Below, piece after piece: positions 1 to 7,643 of a stretch of 32,000 nt of DNA. Location: contig NC_017080.1 of NCBI RefSeq assembly GCF_000284115.1, positions 3,120,001-3,152,000 on the forward strand, read 5' to 3'. Within the stretch, counting starts at the first letter, position 1, and each line of letters starts with the position of its first letter. The notes below the pieces were generated by a model that saw only the letters and a list, made by a program, of their open reading frames with translations, did no database searches and was not told where the DNA came from. The stretch is from Phycisphaera mikurensis NBRC 102666 (lineage in GTDB: Bacteria > Planctomycetota > Phycisphaerae > Phycisphaerales > Phycisphaeraceae). The position numbers were made by a program, and so were the translations under genes.

Positions 1-1167
1 GAGGCCGCCGCCAGCGGCGGGATCGCCGCCGCCGGCGGCTGGCTCTACGCCTACGGCGGCCACGTCACGCCGACGCACGCGTACCACCGCGAGGCCGTGT
101 CGGGCGCCTTCCACCGCGCCCGCCTCGACCGGCTCGCCGGCGGCGACGCGTCCGCCTGGGAGGCGTTGCCCGCCGGGGAGCCGCTCCAAGGCATGAACCT
201 CGCCGCGCTCGGCGGCAAGCTCTACCTCGCCGGCGGCATGCAGCCGCAGAACCGCGAGGGCCACGAAGAAGACAACCGCTCCGTCGCCGACGCCCGCGTC
301 TTCGATCCCGCCGCCGGCGCCTGGGGCGACCTGCCGCTGCTGCCCGAGCCCCGCTCCTCCCACGACCTGGTCGCCCTCGGCGGGAAGCTCTGGGTCGTCG
401 GCGGCTGGCACATGCACGGCCGGGCGCAGACGTGGTCCGACACGATCCTCTGCCTCGACCCCGCGGCCGAGTCGCCCCGCTGGGAGGCACGCCCGCAGCC
501 GTTCCGACGCCGCGCCCTGATCGCCGCCGCGTTCGAAGACCGCCTCTGGGTCATCGGCGGCATGAACGACGCGCAGAAGATCCCCGCCGCCGTCTCCATC
601 TACGACCCCGCCTCCAACGCCTGGGCCGACGGCCCGCCCCTGCCCGCCGGCCGCTTCAATGGCTTCTCGCCCGCGGCCTGCGTCGCCGGCGGCCGGCTCT
701 ACGTGAGCGTCGCCGACGGCACGCTGCTCCGCCTGTCCGCGGCAAAGGACGCGTGGGAGGAGGTCGCCCGCGCCGCCCCGCGGGTGGTCCACCGCATGGT
801 CGCCGACGAAGCCCGCGGCCGGCTGCTGCTCGCCGGCGGTGCCTGGGACGGCGACAACCTCGACCGCATCGACGCGGTGGAGATCCCCGGACTCGCCGGA
901 GCGACACCCGGCACGCCCGAGGCCGACGCCGACGCCCCGCCCGACGCAGCCGCCGCGGCCGCGTCCGCCGCCGCGGCCGCGGCGCAGACCCACTGCCCCG
1001 TGATGCCGAAGGTCGGGGTGAGCGAGGCGAGCCGCACCGTCTTCCACCGCGGCCACACGGTCCGCCTCTGCTGCCGCCTCTGTGTGAAGCACTGGAACGC
1101 AGACCCGCTGGCCTTCGCCGACCCCGACCTGCTCCCGCAGCTGCGGGCGGCGCCGAGCGACTCCTGA
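1..1167 (+). CDS. Kelch-repeat protein with C-terminal Cys/His (YHS/TRASH-like) motif; 5' partial
   Basis: Frame 1 is open from base 1 (EAAASGGIAAAGGWLYAYGG...), so the N-terminus lies outside the window. Reiterated Kelch-type blades are visible (GGKLYLAGGM, GGKLWVVGGW, EDRLWVIGGM, GGRLYVSV, LLLAGGAW). An Ala/Pro-rich linker is followed by HCPVM...RLCCRLCVKHWNADP. Stop is at 1165-1167. Confidence 0.8.
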   Translation, partial: EAAASGGIAAAGGWLYAYGGHVTPTHAYHREAVSGAFHRARLDRLAGGDASAWEALPAGEPLQGMNLAALGGKLYLAGGMQPQNREGHEEDNRSVADARVFDPAAGAWGDLPLLPEPRSSHDLVALGGKLWVVGGWHMHGRAQTWSDTILCLDPAAESPRWEARPQPFRRRALIAAAFEDRLWVIGGMNDAQKIPAAVSIYDPASNAWADGPPLPAGRFNGFSPAACVAGGRLYVSVADGTLLRLSAAKDAWEEVARAAPRVVHRMVADEARGRLLLAGGAWDGDNLDRIDAVEIPGLAGATPGTPEADADAPPDAAAAAASAAAAAAQTHCPVMPKVGVSEASRTVFHRGHTVRLCCRLCVKHWNADPLAFADPDLLPQLRAAPSDS

Positions 1168-1241
1168 AGCGGCGGGCCGCCGCCGCCGTCACGCGCCGCC
1201 GGTTGCGGGTGCTGCCGGATCGGGGTGCCGGGCCTCGCGGG

Positions 1242-1448
1242 TCAGGCCGCCGCGGCGGCGAAGCCCGCGCAGCCGCTGATCGGCGTGACCTTCAGGCGCA
1301 GGCTCTCGTTGCGGGGATGGCCGCAGGGCTCGGTCATCCCGGCCGGGGCCGAGCGGGAGGTGCGGATCTGCACGAGCGGGGGCCGGTTCGGCTCGCCCTC
1401 GCCGAAGTGCCGACAGAGACCGCACTGACCGTCTTGGAGCGTGAGCAT
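1242..1448 (-). CDS. Small conserved-looking Cys-containing hypothetical protein (68 aa)
   Basis: ATG at 1448-1446 gives MLTLQDGQCGLCRHFGEGEPNRPPLVQIRTSR...CGHPRNESLRLKVTPISGCAGF. Nearly every codon ends in G/C, matching the GC3 bias of the confident genes. The longer 220-aa ORF call upstream of this Met is Arg/Gly/Pro junk. No family recognised. Confidence 0.5.
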   Translation of the reverse strand: MLTLQDGQCGLCRHFGEGEPNRPPLVQIRTSRSAPAGMTEPCGHPRNESLRLKVTPISGCAGFAAAAA

Positions 1449-1603
1449 GGTGGAAGATCGTCCGCTTCGGAGGGCGACTGAAGCGCTGCGGCGGCCGCCG
1501 GGGCACCTCACGCCGGCCCCGCTTGGCGCTCCCGCCGCGTCCCCGCCGCGGACCGCGGCCGCTTCCGCCCGCTTGGGACCGCGGTCCGCGGATCCGGGCC
1601 GCT

Positions 1604-2098
1604 TCAGGCCCCGCGGTCCTCCGGCCGCGCCAACTCCACCTTGAAGACGACCTTGCGGACGCGCTCGCCGGCGGCCCCCAGGCACGGCGCGTGGACGTCT
1701 TCGGGGAGGAACAGCGCGAACTGGCCCGGGTTCAGGCCGAACCAGACCGCCGATCCCGCCGCCGGCCCCTCGTAGAACGCGACGTCGCGCTCGGGATCGT
1801 GCGGCACCGAGAGGGTGAGGTCGTCCCGGAGCGGGCACCAGCCGAAGCCCTCGCGATCGCCCAGGACCACCTGGATGTCGGCGTAGCGCCGGTGCGCCTC
1901 CCACCGCGCCTCCTCCCGCGGCTTGAGGGGCTGGGTCTGCGGCATCACCAGCAGACGCTCGCCCACGAGGGGGATCGTCCGGTCGCCCTCCGCGACCAGC
2001 GCGTCCAGGTCGCGACCGTCCAGCCAGGCGGCCGCTTGAGCGACCCCCGGCATCAGCCCCGCGTACCGGCCGAGGCGTGCGATGTCGTCGACGATCAT
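1604..2098 (-). CDS. YhcH/YjgK/YiaL family protein (DUF386, cupin-like)
   Basis: ATG at 2098-2096 gives MIVDDIARLGRYAG... (164 aa). The C-terminal half (EAHRRYADIQVVLGDREGFGW...LNPGQFALFLPEDVHAPC...VRKVVFKVE) matches my recollection of E. coli YhcH (ELHEQYIDIQLLL...PGMFAVFMPGEPHKPGC...KKVVVKV). The upstream part of the 319-aa ORF runs across the tRNA and is not coding. Confidence 0.75.
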   Translation of the reverse strand: MIVDDIARLGRYAGLMPGVAQAAAWLDGRDLDALVAEGDRTIPLVGERLLVMPQTQPLKPREEARWEAHRRYADIQVVLGDREGFGWCPLRDDLTLSVPHDPERDVAFYEGPAAGSAVWFGLNPGQFALFLPEDVHAPCLGAAGERVRKVVFKVELARPEDRGA

Positions 2099-2133
2099 CC
2101 GCGGAAGGTACTTGCTATGATCTCCGCCGCATC

Positions 2134-2207
2134 GCACCGATAGCTCAATTGGATAGAGCAGCGGTTTACGGAGCCGCAGGTTGCAGGTTCGAGTCCTGCT
2201 CGGTGCA
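2134..2207 (+). tRNA. tRNA-Arg (anticodon ACG)
   Basis: Manual cloverleaf: acceptor GCACCGA/TCGGTGC, D arm GCTC-AATTGGATA-GAGC, anticodon stem GCGGT/GCCGC with loop TT-ACG-GA, variable AGGTT, T arm GCAGG-TTCGAGT-CCTGC, discriminator A. CCA is not encoded. Confidence 0.92.
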
Positions 2208-2426
2208 AGAATCTTCGTACTCGATCCTCCCGGCGGTGCGGATCGAAGCTCGCAGGCCACGCGGCTCCGCGGGCGAGGCTCGCCGGCCTGACGCCCCGCC
2301 GGGTTCGGGCCGCGCCGCCGCGACCGGCGGTGGTGGTCGAACCGGCCGTGGCTCCGCCGGCATCCTCCCGTTGGGAGCACCCGGGGCGGCGGCTCGGGGG
2401 AAGCGGCCGCGGCTAGATTTCGTCCC

Positions 2427-3284
2427 GTGCCGCCCCGCTCCCCCGAACGCCTGCTCGCCGACCTGGAGGAGGTGATCCGCCCCCGGCAGCGGCTGCTGAC
2501 GGCGTTCTCCGGCGGGGTCGACTCGACGGTGGTCGCCGCCGCGGCCCGGCGCGTCCTCGGCAAGGCGGACGCTCCCGTCGCCGTCGGCGACAGCGCCTCG
2601 CTGCCGCGGCGGGAGCTGGCGGAGGCGCTGAAGCTGGCGGCCGCGCTCGACCTGGAGGTTCACGTCGTCCGCCCCGACGAGCAGAGCGACCCTGGCTACG
2701 TCGCCAACGCCGGCGACCGCTGCTACTTCTGCAAGACGCACCTCTACCGGACGCTGCACGGGCTCGCCGGGCGGCTGGGCATCGGCCACCTCGCCAACGG
2801 CACCAACGCCGACGATCCCGGCGATCACCGCCCCGGCCTCCGCGCCGCCGACGAGGCCGAGGTCGTCAGCCCCCTGCTCGAGGCCGGCCTCGACAAGGCG
2901 GGCGTCCGCGCCGTCGCCCACCGGCTGGGCCTGCCCAACGCGGACAAACCCGCGGCCGCCTGCCTCGCCAGCCGCATCGCCCACCACACGCCGGTGACGG
3001 CCGCGGCGTTGAATCGTGTCGAGGCCGCCGAGGACGCGCTCCTCGCCGCCGGCTTCAAGCAGCTCCGCGTGCGTGACCACGGCGAGGTCGCCCGGCTGGA
3101 GGTGCCGCTGCGGGCCATGCCGCTCCTGCTCGACGACGGCGTGCGCGAGCGGGTCGTTGAGGCCTGCAGAGCCGCCGGCTACGCCTACGTTTCCCTCGAT
3201 CTGGAGGGCTTCCGCAGCGGAAGCGGGAACGTGACGCTGACGAGCTCGGCGGGCCGGAAGCAAGCCCGGTCCACGGGCGGCTGA
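2427..3284 (+). CDS. larE: LarE-type ATP-dependent sulfur transferase / PP-loop ATP pyrophosphatase (TIGR00268-like)
   Basis: PP-loop SGGVDS lies about 28 aa from the GTG start. Also present are DRCYFCK and the ACLASR cysteine motif typical of LarE, then a C-terminal LRVRDHGEVARLEV segment. 285 aa. Confidence 0.78.
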   Translation: MPPRSPERLLADLEEVIRPRQRLLTAFSGGVDSTVVAAAARRVLGKADAPVAVGDSASLPRRELAEALKLAAALDLEVHVVRPDEQSDPGYVANAGDRCYFCKTHLYRTLHGLAGRLGIGHLANGTNADDPGDHRPGLRAADEAEVVSPLLEAGLDKAGVRAVAHRLGLPNADKPAAACLASRIAHHTPVTAAALNRVEAAEDALLAAGFKQLRVRDHGEVARLEVPLRAMPLLLDDGVRERVVEACRAAGYAYVSLDLEGFRSGSGNVTLTSSAGRKQARSTGG

Positions 3285-3286
3285 CC

Positions 3287-3617
3287 GGAGAGAGCCGAAG
3301 CGACGTGTGGTCGACGCGCTGGAGGAGGGCTGCACGGCTCGCGAAGCCCGACGCGCTGCGCTCGCGGCCGCACCGCGGAGAGACGAAGAGCCGAAGACGG
3401 CCGCGCATCGCCGCAGGCAACAACGCCCCTGCTCCTCCCCGCCTCCCCGCCTCTCCGCCTCTTCGTCTCTTCGTCTCTCCGCCTCCCCGTCTCTTCGTCT
3501 CTTCGTCTCTTCGTCTCTTCGTCTCTTTGGCTCTTCGTCTCTTCGTCTCTTCGTCTCTTCGTCTCTTCGTCTCTCCGTCTCTCCGTCTCTCCGTCTCTCC
3601 ACCTCTCCGCCTCCCCG
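3287..3617. repeat. Composite octamer-repeat element, copy A (variant unit GTCTCTTC)
   Basis: Short purine arms are GGAGAGAGCCGAAGCGACG (3287-3305) and GGAGAGACGAAGAGCCGAAGACGG (3377-3400). They are followed by 22 head-to-tail 8-nt pyrimidine units from 3441 to 3616 (GCCTCCCC, GCCTCTTC, GTCTCTTC x many, GTCTCTCC x4, ...). It lies in the larE-mcsA spacer. Confidence 0.9.
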
Positions 3618-3694
3618 CCGCCAGCCCACCGACTCCCCGCCCTACCGTCCAAGGCCGCATCGCTCTCCCGGTTCGATCCGCAAGGCGCTCTCTC

Positions 3695-4282
3695 ATGAAA
3701 CGAAAATGCGACCAGTGCGGACGCCCCGCCACGCACCACGCGGTGGACATCGTCAAGGGCGTGAAGACTGAGACCCACCTCTGCGACGTCCACGCCGCGG
3801 AGGCGGGGCTGGACCAGACGCCCGCCGCGCACACGCCGATCGACGAGCTGCTGACCAGCTTCGTGAAGGTGCACTCCACGGGCGAGACGGCGACCATCGG
3901 CAAGGCGCCGACCCGCGTCTGCAGCAGCTGCGGGCTGACCTTCTCGGAGTTCCGCGAGAAGTCGCTGCTGGGCTGCCCCACCTGCTACGCCGACTTCGAG
4001 GCGCAGCTCGGGCCGCTCCTGGAGCGGGCCCACGAGGGCGGCACGCACCACGTCGGCAAGACCCCGCGGCGGGCGGGCGGCGCCGAGCAGCGGCAGCTGC
4101 GGCTGGCCCGGCTCCAGCGACGCCTCGACGAGGCCCTGGAGGCGGAGGACTACGAGTCGGCGGCGGAGATCCGGGACGAGCTCGAGGGCGTGGCTTCGGC
4201 CTCCGACAGCACGGGGTCCTCGGGGGCGACCGGCCCGAAGCCGCAAGCCGCGTCCGATCCCTCGTCCGGGAGCGGCGAATGA
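3695..4282 (+). CDS. mcsA: McsA-like activator of protein arginine kinase (zinc-finger + UVR-domain protein)
   Basis: ATG at 3695 gives MKRKCDQCGRPATHHAV...HLCDVH. A second Cys pair is CSSCG...GCPTCY. The C-terminal UVR-type helix is LRLARLQRRLDEALEAEDYESAAEIRDELE. The stop overlaps the mcsB ATG (ATGA). Confidence 0.8.
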   Translation: MKRKCDQCGRPATHHAVDIVKGVKTETHLCDVHAAEAGLDQTPAAHTPIDELLTSFVKVHSTGETATIGKAPTRVCSSCGLTFSEFREKSLLGCPTCYADFEAQLGPLLERAHEGGTHHVGKTPRRAGGAEQRQLRLARLQRRLDEALEAEDYESAAEIRDELEGVASASDSTGSSGATGPKPQAASDPSSGSGE

Positions 4283-5340
4283 CCCCCGGACGCATGATCG
4301 ATCACGCCGGCGAGTGGCTCCGGGGCGAGGGTCCCGAGAGCGACGTGGTCATCTCCTCGCGAATCCGCCTCGCGCGGAACCTCGCCGGCTTCCCCTTCGT
4401 CAACCGCACCAACACCCGGCAGAAGCACGCGATCCTCGCGGCCTGCCGCGAGCGGGTCACGCAGCGGCGGATCGCCGAGAACGCGGTCTGGATCGGCATC
4501 GACGACGCCGACGCGCTGGACCGGCAGCTGCTCGTCGAGCGGCACCTCATCAGCCGGCCGTTCGCGAACCCCAAGAACAGCCTGCCGCGCGGCGTCGCCC
4601 TGGGAGCCGACGAGACCTTCGCGATCATGGTGAACGAGGAGGACCACCTCCGCGTGCAGGTGCTCCGCTCGGGCATGCAGCTCTCCGAGGCCTTCGACCA
4701 GATCGGCCGCATCGACGACGTGCTCGAAGAGGATCTGGATTTCGCCTACTCGCGTCGCTTCGGCTACCTCACCGCCTGCCCCACCAACGCGGGCACCGGC
4801 ATCCGCGTGAGCGTGATGCTGCACCTGCCGGCGCTCAAGCTCACCGGCGAGATCGACAAGGTCAAGCGGGCCGCCCGCGAGCTGCACCTGGCCGTCCGCG
4901 GCATGTTCGGCGAGGGCAGCGACGCCCACGGCGACCTGTACCAGGTGAGCAACCAGACGACGCTGGGCAAGACCGAGGAGGAGATCCTCGGCGACTTCCA
5001 GAAGACGGTCGTCCCGCAGATCATCGCCTACGAGAACCAGGCCCGGCAGCTGCTGGTCAAGCAGCGAGAAGCCCAGCTCGACGACCGCATCTGGCGGGCC
5101 TGGGGCCTGCTCACCTCGGCCCGCGTCATGGGCACCGAGGAGGTCCTCCAGCTCCTGAGCCACGTCCGCCTGGGGGTGAACCTCGGCCGCCTGGCCACCG
5201 TCGACATCCGCACCGTCAACGAGCTCTTCCTCCTGACTCAGCCCGCCCACCTGCAGAAGCTCACCGGCGAGCCCATGGAACCCGCCGAGCGACGCGTCGC
5301 GCGGGCGAAGATGCTGCGTCAGCGGCTCAAGGCTTCGTGA
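4279..5340 (+). CDS. mcsB: Protein arginine kinase McsB (ATP:guanido phosphotransferase family)
   Basis: The guanido kinase active-site signature CPTNAGTGIRVSVMLHLPAL is present, along with EEDHLRVQV and NQTTLGKTEEEI. 353 aa, translationally coupled to mcsA. Confidence 0.9.
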   Translation: MTPGRMIDHAGEWLRGEGPESDVVISSRIRLARNLAGFPFVNRTNTRQKHAILAACRERVTQRRIAENAVWIGIDDADALDRQLLVERHLISRPFANPKNSLPRGVALGADETFAIMVNEEDHLRVQVLRSGMQLSEAFDQIGRIDDVLEEDLDFAYSRRFGYLTACPTNAGTGIRVSVMLHLPALKLTGEIDKVKRAARELHLAVRGMFGEGSDAHGDLYQVSNQTTLGKTEEEILGDFQKTVVPQIIAYENQARQLLVKQREAQLDDRIWRAWGLLTSARVMGTEEVLQLLSHVRLGVNLGRLATVDIRTVNELFLLTQPAHLQKLTGEPMEPAERRVARAKMLRQRLKAS

Positions 5341-5567
5341 GTCTCGGCGTGTACGGGCAGGGAGGCGAGCCGCGGATGAGCACAGATGAACACGGATGAG
5401 AACGAAGCCCGCGTATCACCACCGCATTCCAGCGGACACGCGGCATCGCGCGCTGCTTGGTGCGTGTTGAAGCGGAAGCAGGACGGGTCCGGCAAGCTGC
5501 GCCGCTCCCCCTGCTCGGTGCTTCTCTGCTCCCATCGGTGGATCGTCTTCGCCCGGGTCCGCAGGGC

Positions 5568-6224
5568 ATGAGCACGCGCGCCCCCGCCGCCTACCAGGCG
5601 CTCCTGGAGCAGCTCGCGAAGCTGCCCGGGGTGGGTCGCCGCTCCGCGGAGCGGATCGCGCTGCACCTGCTCAAGAAGCCCGACGCGGAGAGCTTCGCGC
5701 TCGCCGCGGCGTTGCGGGCCTTCCGCGAGGAGCTGGTGGTCTGCTCGGTCACCGGCATGGTCGCCGACGCCGATCCGTGCTGGATCGTGACCGATCCCAA
5801 GCGGGATCACACCAGGATCCTGGTCGTCGAGCAGCCCGCCGACGTGCTCGCCTTCGAGCAGAGCAACGCCTGGAACGGCAGCTACCACGTGCTGCTCGGC
5901 CGGCTGTCGCCGATGGAGGCCGTCAGCCCCGGCGATCTGAACATCGGCCTGCTGCTGGACCGCGTGCGGGCGGGCGGCCGCGGACCGTCGGGCGGAACGG
6001 CCGGAAACGACGACGGTCCGCGGATCCGCATCGAGGAGGTCGTGCTCGCGACCAGCCCGAGCCTCGAGGGCGACGGCACCGCGCTGTACCTCGAGCAGGA
6101 GCTCGCCGGCCTCGGCGTCTCCGTCACCCGCGTCGCCCGCGGCCTCTCCGCCGGGCAAGCGCTGGACACCGCGAGCAAGGCGGTGCTCGGCGACGCGCTC
6201 CACCACCGCGTCCCGACGCGCTGA
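5568..6224 (+). CDS. recR: Recombination protein RecR
   Basis: ATG at 5568 gives MSTRAPAAYQALLEQLAKLPGVGRRSAERIALHLL (HhH). The Toprim segment is ILVVEQPADVLAFEQS...YHVLLGRLSP, followed by VVLATSPSLEGDGTALYL and VTRVARGLSAG. The zinc-finger region is degenerate (see findings). Confidence 0.9.
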   Translation: MSTRAPAAYQALLEQLAKLPGVGRRSAERIALHLLKKPDAESFALAAALRAFREELVVCSVTGMVADADPCWIVTDPKRDHTRILVVEQPADVLAFEQSNAWNGSYHVLLGRLSPMEAVSPGDLNIGLLLDRVRAGGRGPSGGTAGNDDGPRIRIEEVVLATSPSLEGDGTALYLEQELAGLGVSVTRVARGLSAGQALDTASKAVLGDALHHRVPTR

Positions 6225-6423
6225 GACGCATCCCACGTGAACGCGCGGGCGCCCGCTGATCCACCGGCTCGGTCGCCACGCTCTTCAGGGCTGGGCCTTC
6301 GACGCGTTCTTCGGGAAGACCGGGATGCTCGGCTCCGCGAGGATGCGCAGAAGGTCGGGCCCTCCGGCGGGTGGGGGGACCCGCGTGGCGGAGGCGGAAC
6401 CGCATCGAACCGATACCCGGTGC

Positions 6424-7410
6424 ATGACCGCCCCGACTTCCTTCCTCTTCGGCTCGGGACGCTCGGGCACGGTGGTGCTGCTGCGGCTGATCAACCTCGA
6501 TCCCGGCGTGGTGGTCCGCAACGAACCCGACGAGCTCAGCGACTCGCCGCTGGGCCGCGCACTGGGGCAGAGCGGCGTGCGCGACGACGCCAACGACGGC
6601 ACCGCGATCGACGTCGCGCTCGACACCTCCGGCGGCTTCGGCCGCCGCTTCGACGAAGCGCTCGCGGCGATCCGCACCCGCCGGGGGACGCGGGACCACC
6701 CCTGGGCGACACGCAAGGCCTGGCACCGCCCGATCCCGCTCAAGCTGCTCAACGCGGGGCTCAAGGCCGGCCTCCGGCAGCGGCTGCAACGCGGCCGCGA
6801 GGCCTGGGAGGTGCCGGGCTGGGCCGCGGATCGGGCGGCGCTCGCCGCGGCGCCGCTGAGCGTGAAGATCAACAACGGGCCCGCCCTGGCGCGGTGGCTC
6901 GCCGCGGAGCGGCCGGACCTCCGAGCGATGGAGATCGTCCGCCACCCCGGGGGCTTCCTCGCCTCGTGGCGGGCCCGCTGGCTCAACCGGCCCGGGGTCG
7001 ACCCCGCGGCCGTCCTCGCGAAGAACCGGGCACGCCTCGCCGCCGTCGCGGCGGCCGAGCCCGCGTGGGGCGAGCGCTGGGGAGACCCCGCCGCGCTCGA
7101 CGTCGACGCCAGCGAGCTCTGGTACTGGCGCTACAGCAATGAGGCGGTGCTGGCGGCCTACGCGGGCGACACCCGGCTGCTCCCCATCGGCTTCGAACGC
7201 TTCTGCCGCGAGCCGCAGGCGCACGCGGAGGCGGTCTACCGCCACCTCGGGCTTCCGTACACCGACCGCGTCCGAGCCGGCGTGGCGGCCGAGATGCAAG
7301 GATCCACGGAGATCGCTTCGGCCTGGAAGCAGAAGCTCGGCCCCGAGCGGGTGGCGCTTGTCGAGGCCGTGCTCGCGGGCAGCCCGCTCGCCGACCTCGT
7401 CGAGGCCTGA
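6424..7410 (+). CDS. Sulfotransferase family protein
   Basis: ATG at 6424 gives MTAPTSFLFGSGRSGTVVLLRL, a PAPS 5'-phosphosulfate-binding loop (xGxxRSGT). The later IVRHPGGFLAS resembles the 3'-phosphate-binding motif. High GC3. The start choice is uncertain (the ORF opens at 6325). Confidence 0.68.
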   Translation: MTAPTSFLFGSGRSGTVVLLRLINLDPGVVVRNEPDELSDSPLGRALGQSGVRDDANDGTAIDVALDTSGGFGRRFDEALAAIRTRRGTRDHPWATRKAWHRPIPLKLLNAGLKAGLRQRLQRGREAWEVPGWAADRAALAAAPLSVKINNGPALARWLAAERPDLRAMEIVRHPGGFLASWRARWLNRPGVDPAAVLAKNRARLAAVAAAEPAWGERWGDPAALDVDASELWYWRYSNEAVLAAYAGDTRLLPIGFERFCREPQAHAEAVYRHLGLPYTDRVRAGVAAEMQGSTEIASAWKQKLGPERVALVEAVLAGSPLADLVEA

Positions 7411-7583
7411 CCCCGGCGGCGGAAGCTTCATCTGAAACGAATCCCGAGGGTTCAGAAGAAGTTGTCCACCGCCGCGTCCGGAGGCTTCGCTGCCGCGGAG
7501 CCGGGCGCCGGTCGACCCCGATCGGGTGCGCCGCTCGGGCGGCGCCGGGCGAGCGGCCTTCTGCGTTCCCGCGCAGCGAAACG

Positions 7584-7610
7584 CGGAGGGCGCCGGATGG
7601 CGCTCCTCCG
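7584..7610. terminator. GC-rich hairpin between convergent genes (candidate bidirectional terminator)
   Basis: CGGAGGGCGCC-ggat-GGCGC(T)CCTCCG forms an 11-bp stem with one bulge and a 4-nt loop. It sits between the sulfotransferase (+, ends 7410) and the PEP-CTERM gene (-, ends 7644). No convincing U-tract on either strand. Confidence 0.25.
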
Positions 7611-7643
7611 CGGCTTGGCGGGATCCGGCGTCGGACCAGCCGC

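Noticed and set aside
2134-2426. tRNA-Arg (and tRNA-Gln at 26429) as integration sites for a genomic island or prophage.
   Set aside because: There is no integrase, no duplicated tRNA 3' end, no compositional break, and housekeeping genes lie on both sides.
2166-4295. ORFs translating repeat element A into periodic peptides: 'ETKRRRDEETKRRRDE' (2166-3629 -, 3055-3981 -, 3185-4246 -) or 'SSSLRLFVSSSLRLFV' (3305-4282 + N-terminal part, 3307-3771 +).
   Set aside because: The 8-aa periodicity is simply the 8-nt DNA repeat read in three phases. All three frames and both strands are open, and there is no start context. The real mcsA begins at the ATG at 3695. The same argument applies to the 'EEAKKRRS'/'SSLLRFFA' ORFs over elements B, C and D.
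5341-5567. Possible SRP (4.5S) RNA or another ncRNA in the lower-GC spacer upstream of recR. In Bacillus the SRP RNA gene scr lies upstream of dnaX-yaaK-recR, and the spacer contains GGAAGCAGG.
   Set aside because: I could not build the helix-8 arrangement (5' AGG...CC / GNAR tetraloop / GGAAGCAGCC) on either strand. The GGAAGCAG-like string is not preceded by a closing stem and tetraloop. This needs an Rfam cmscan to exclude fully.
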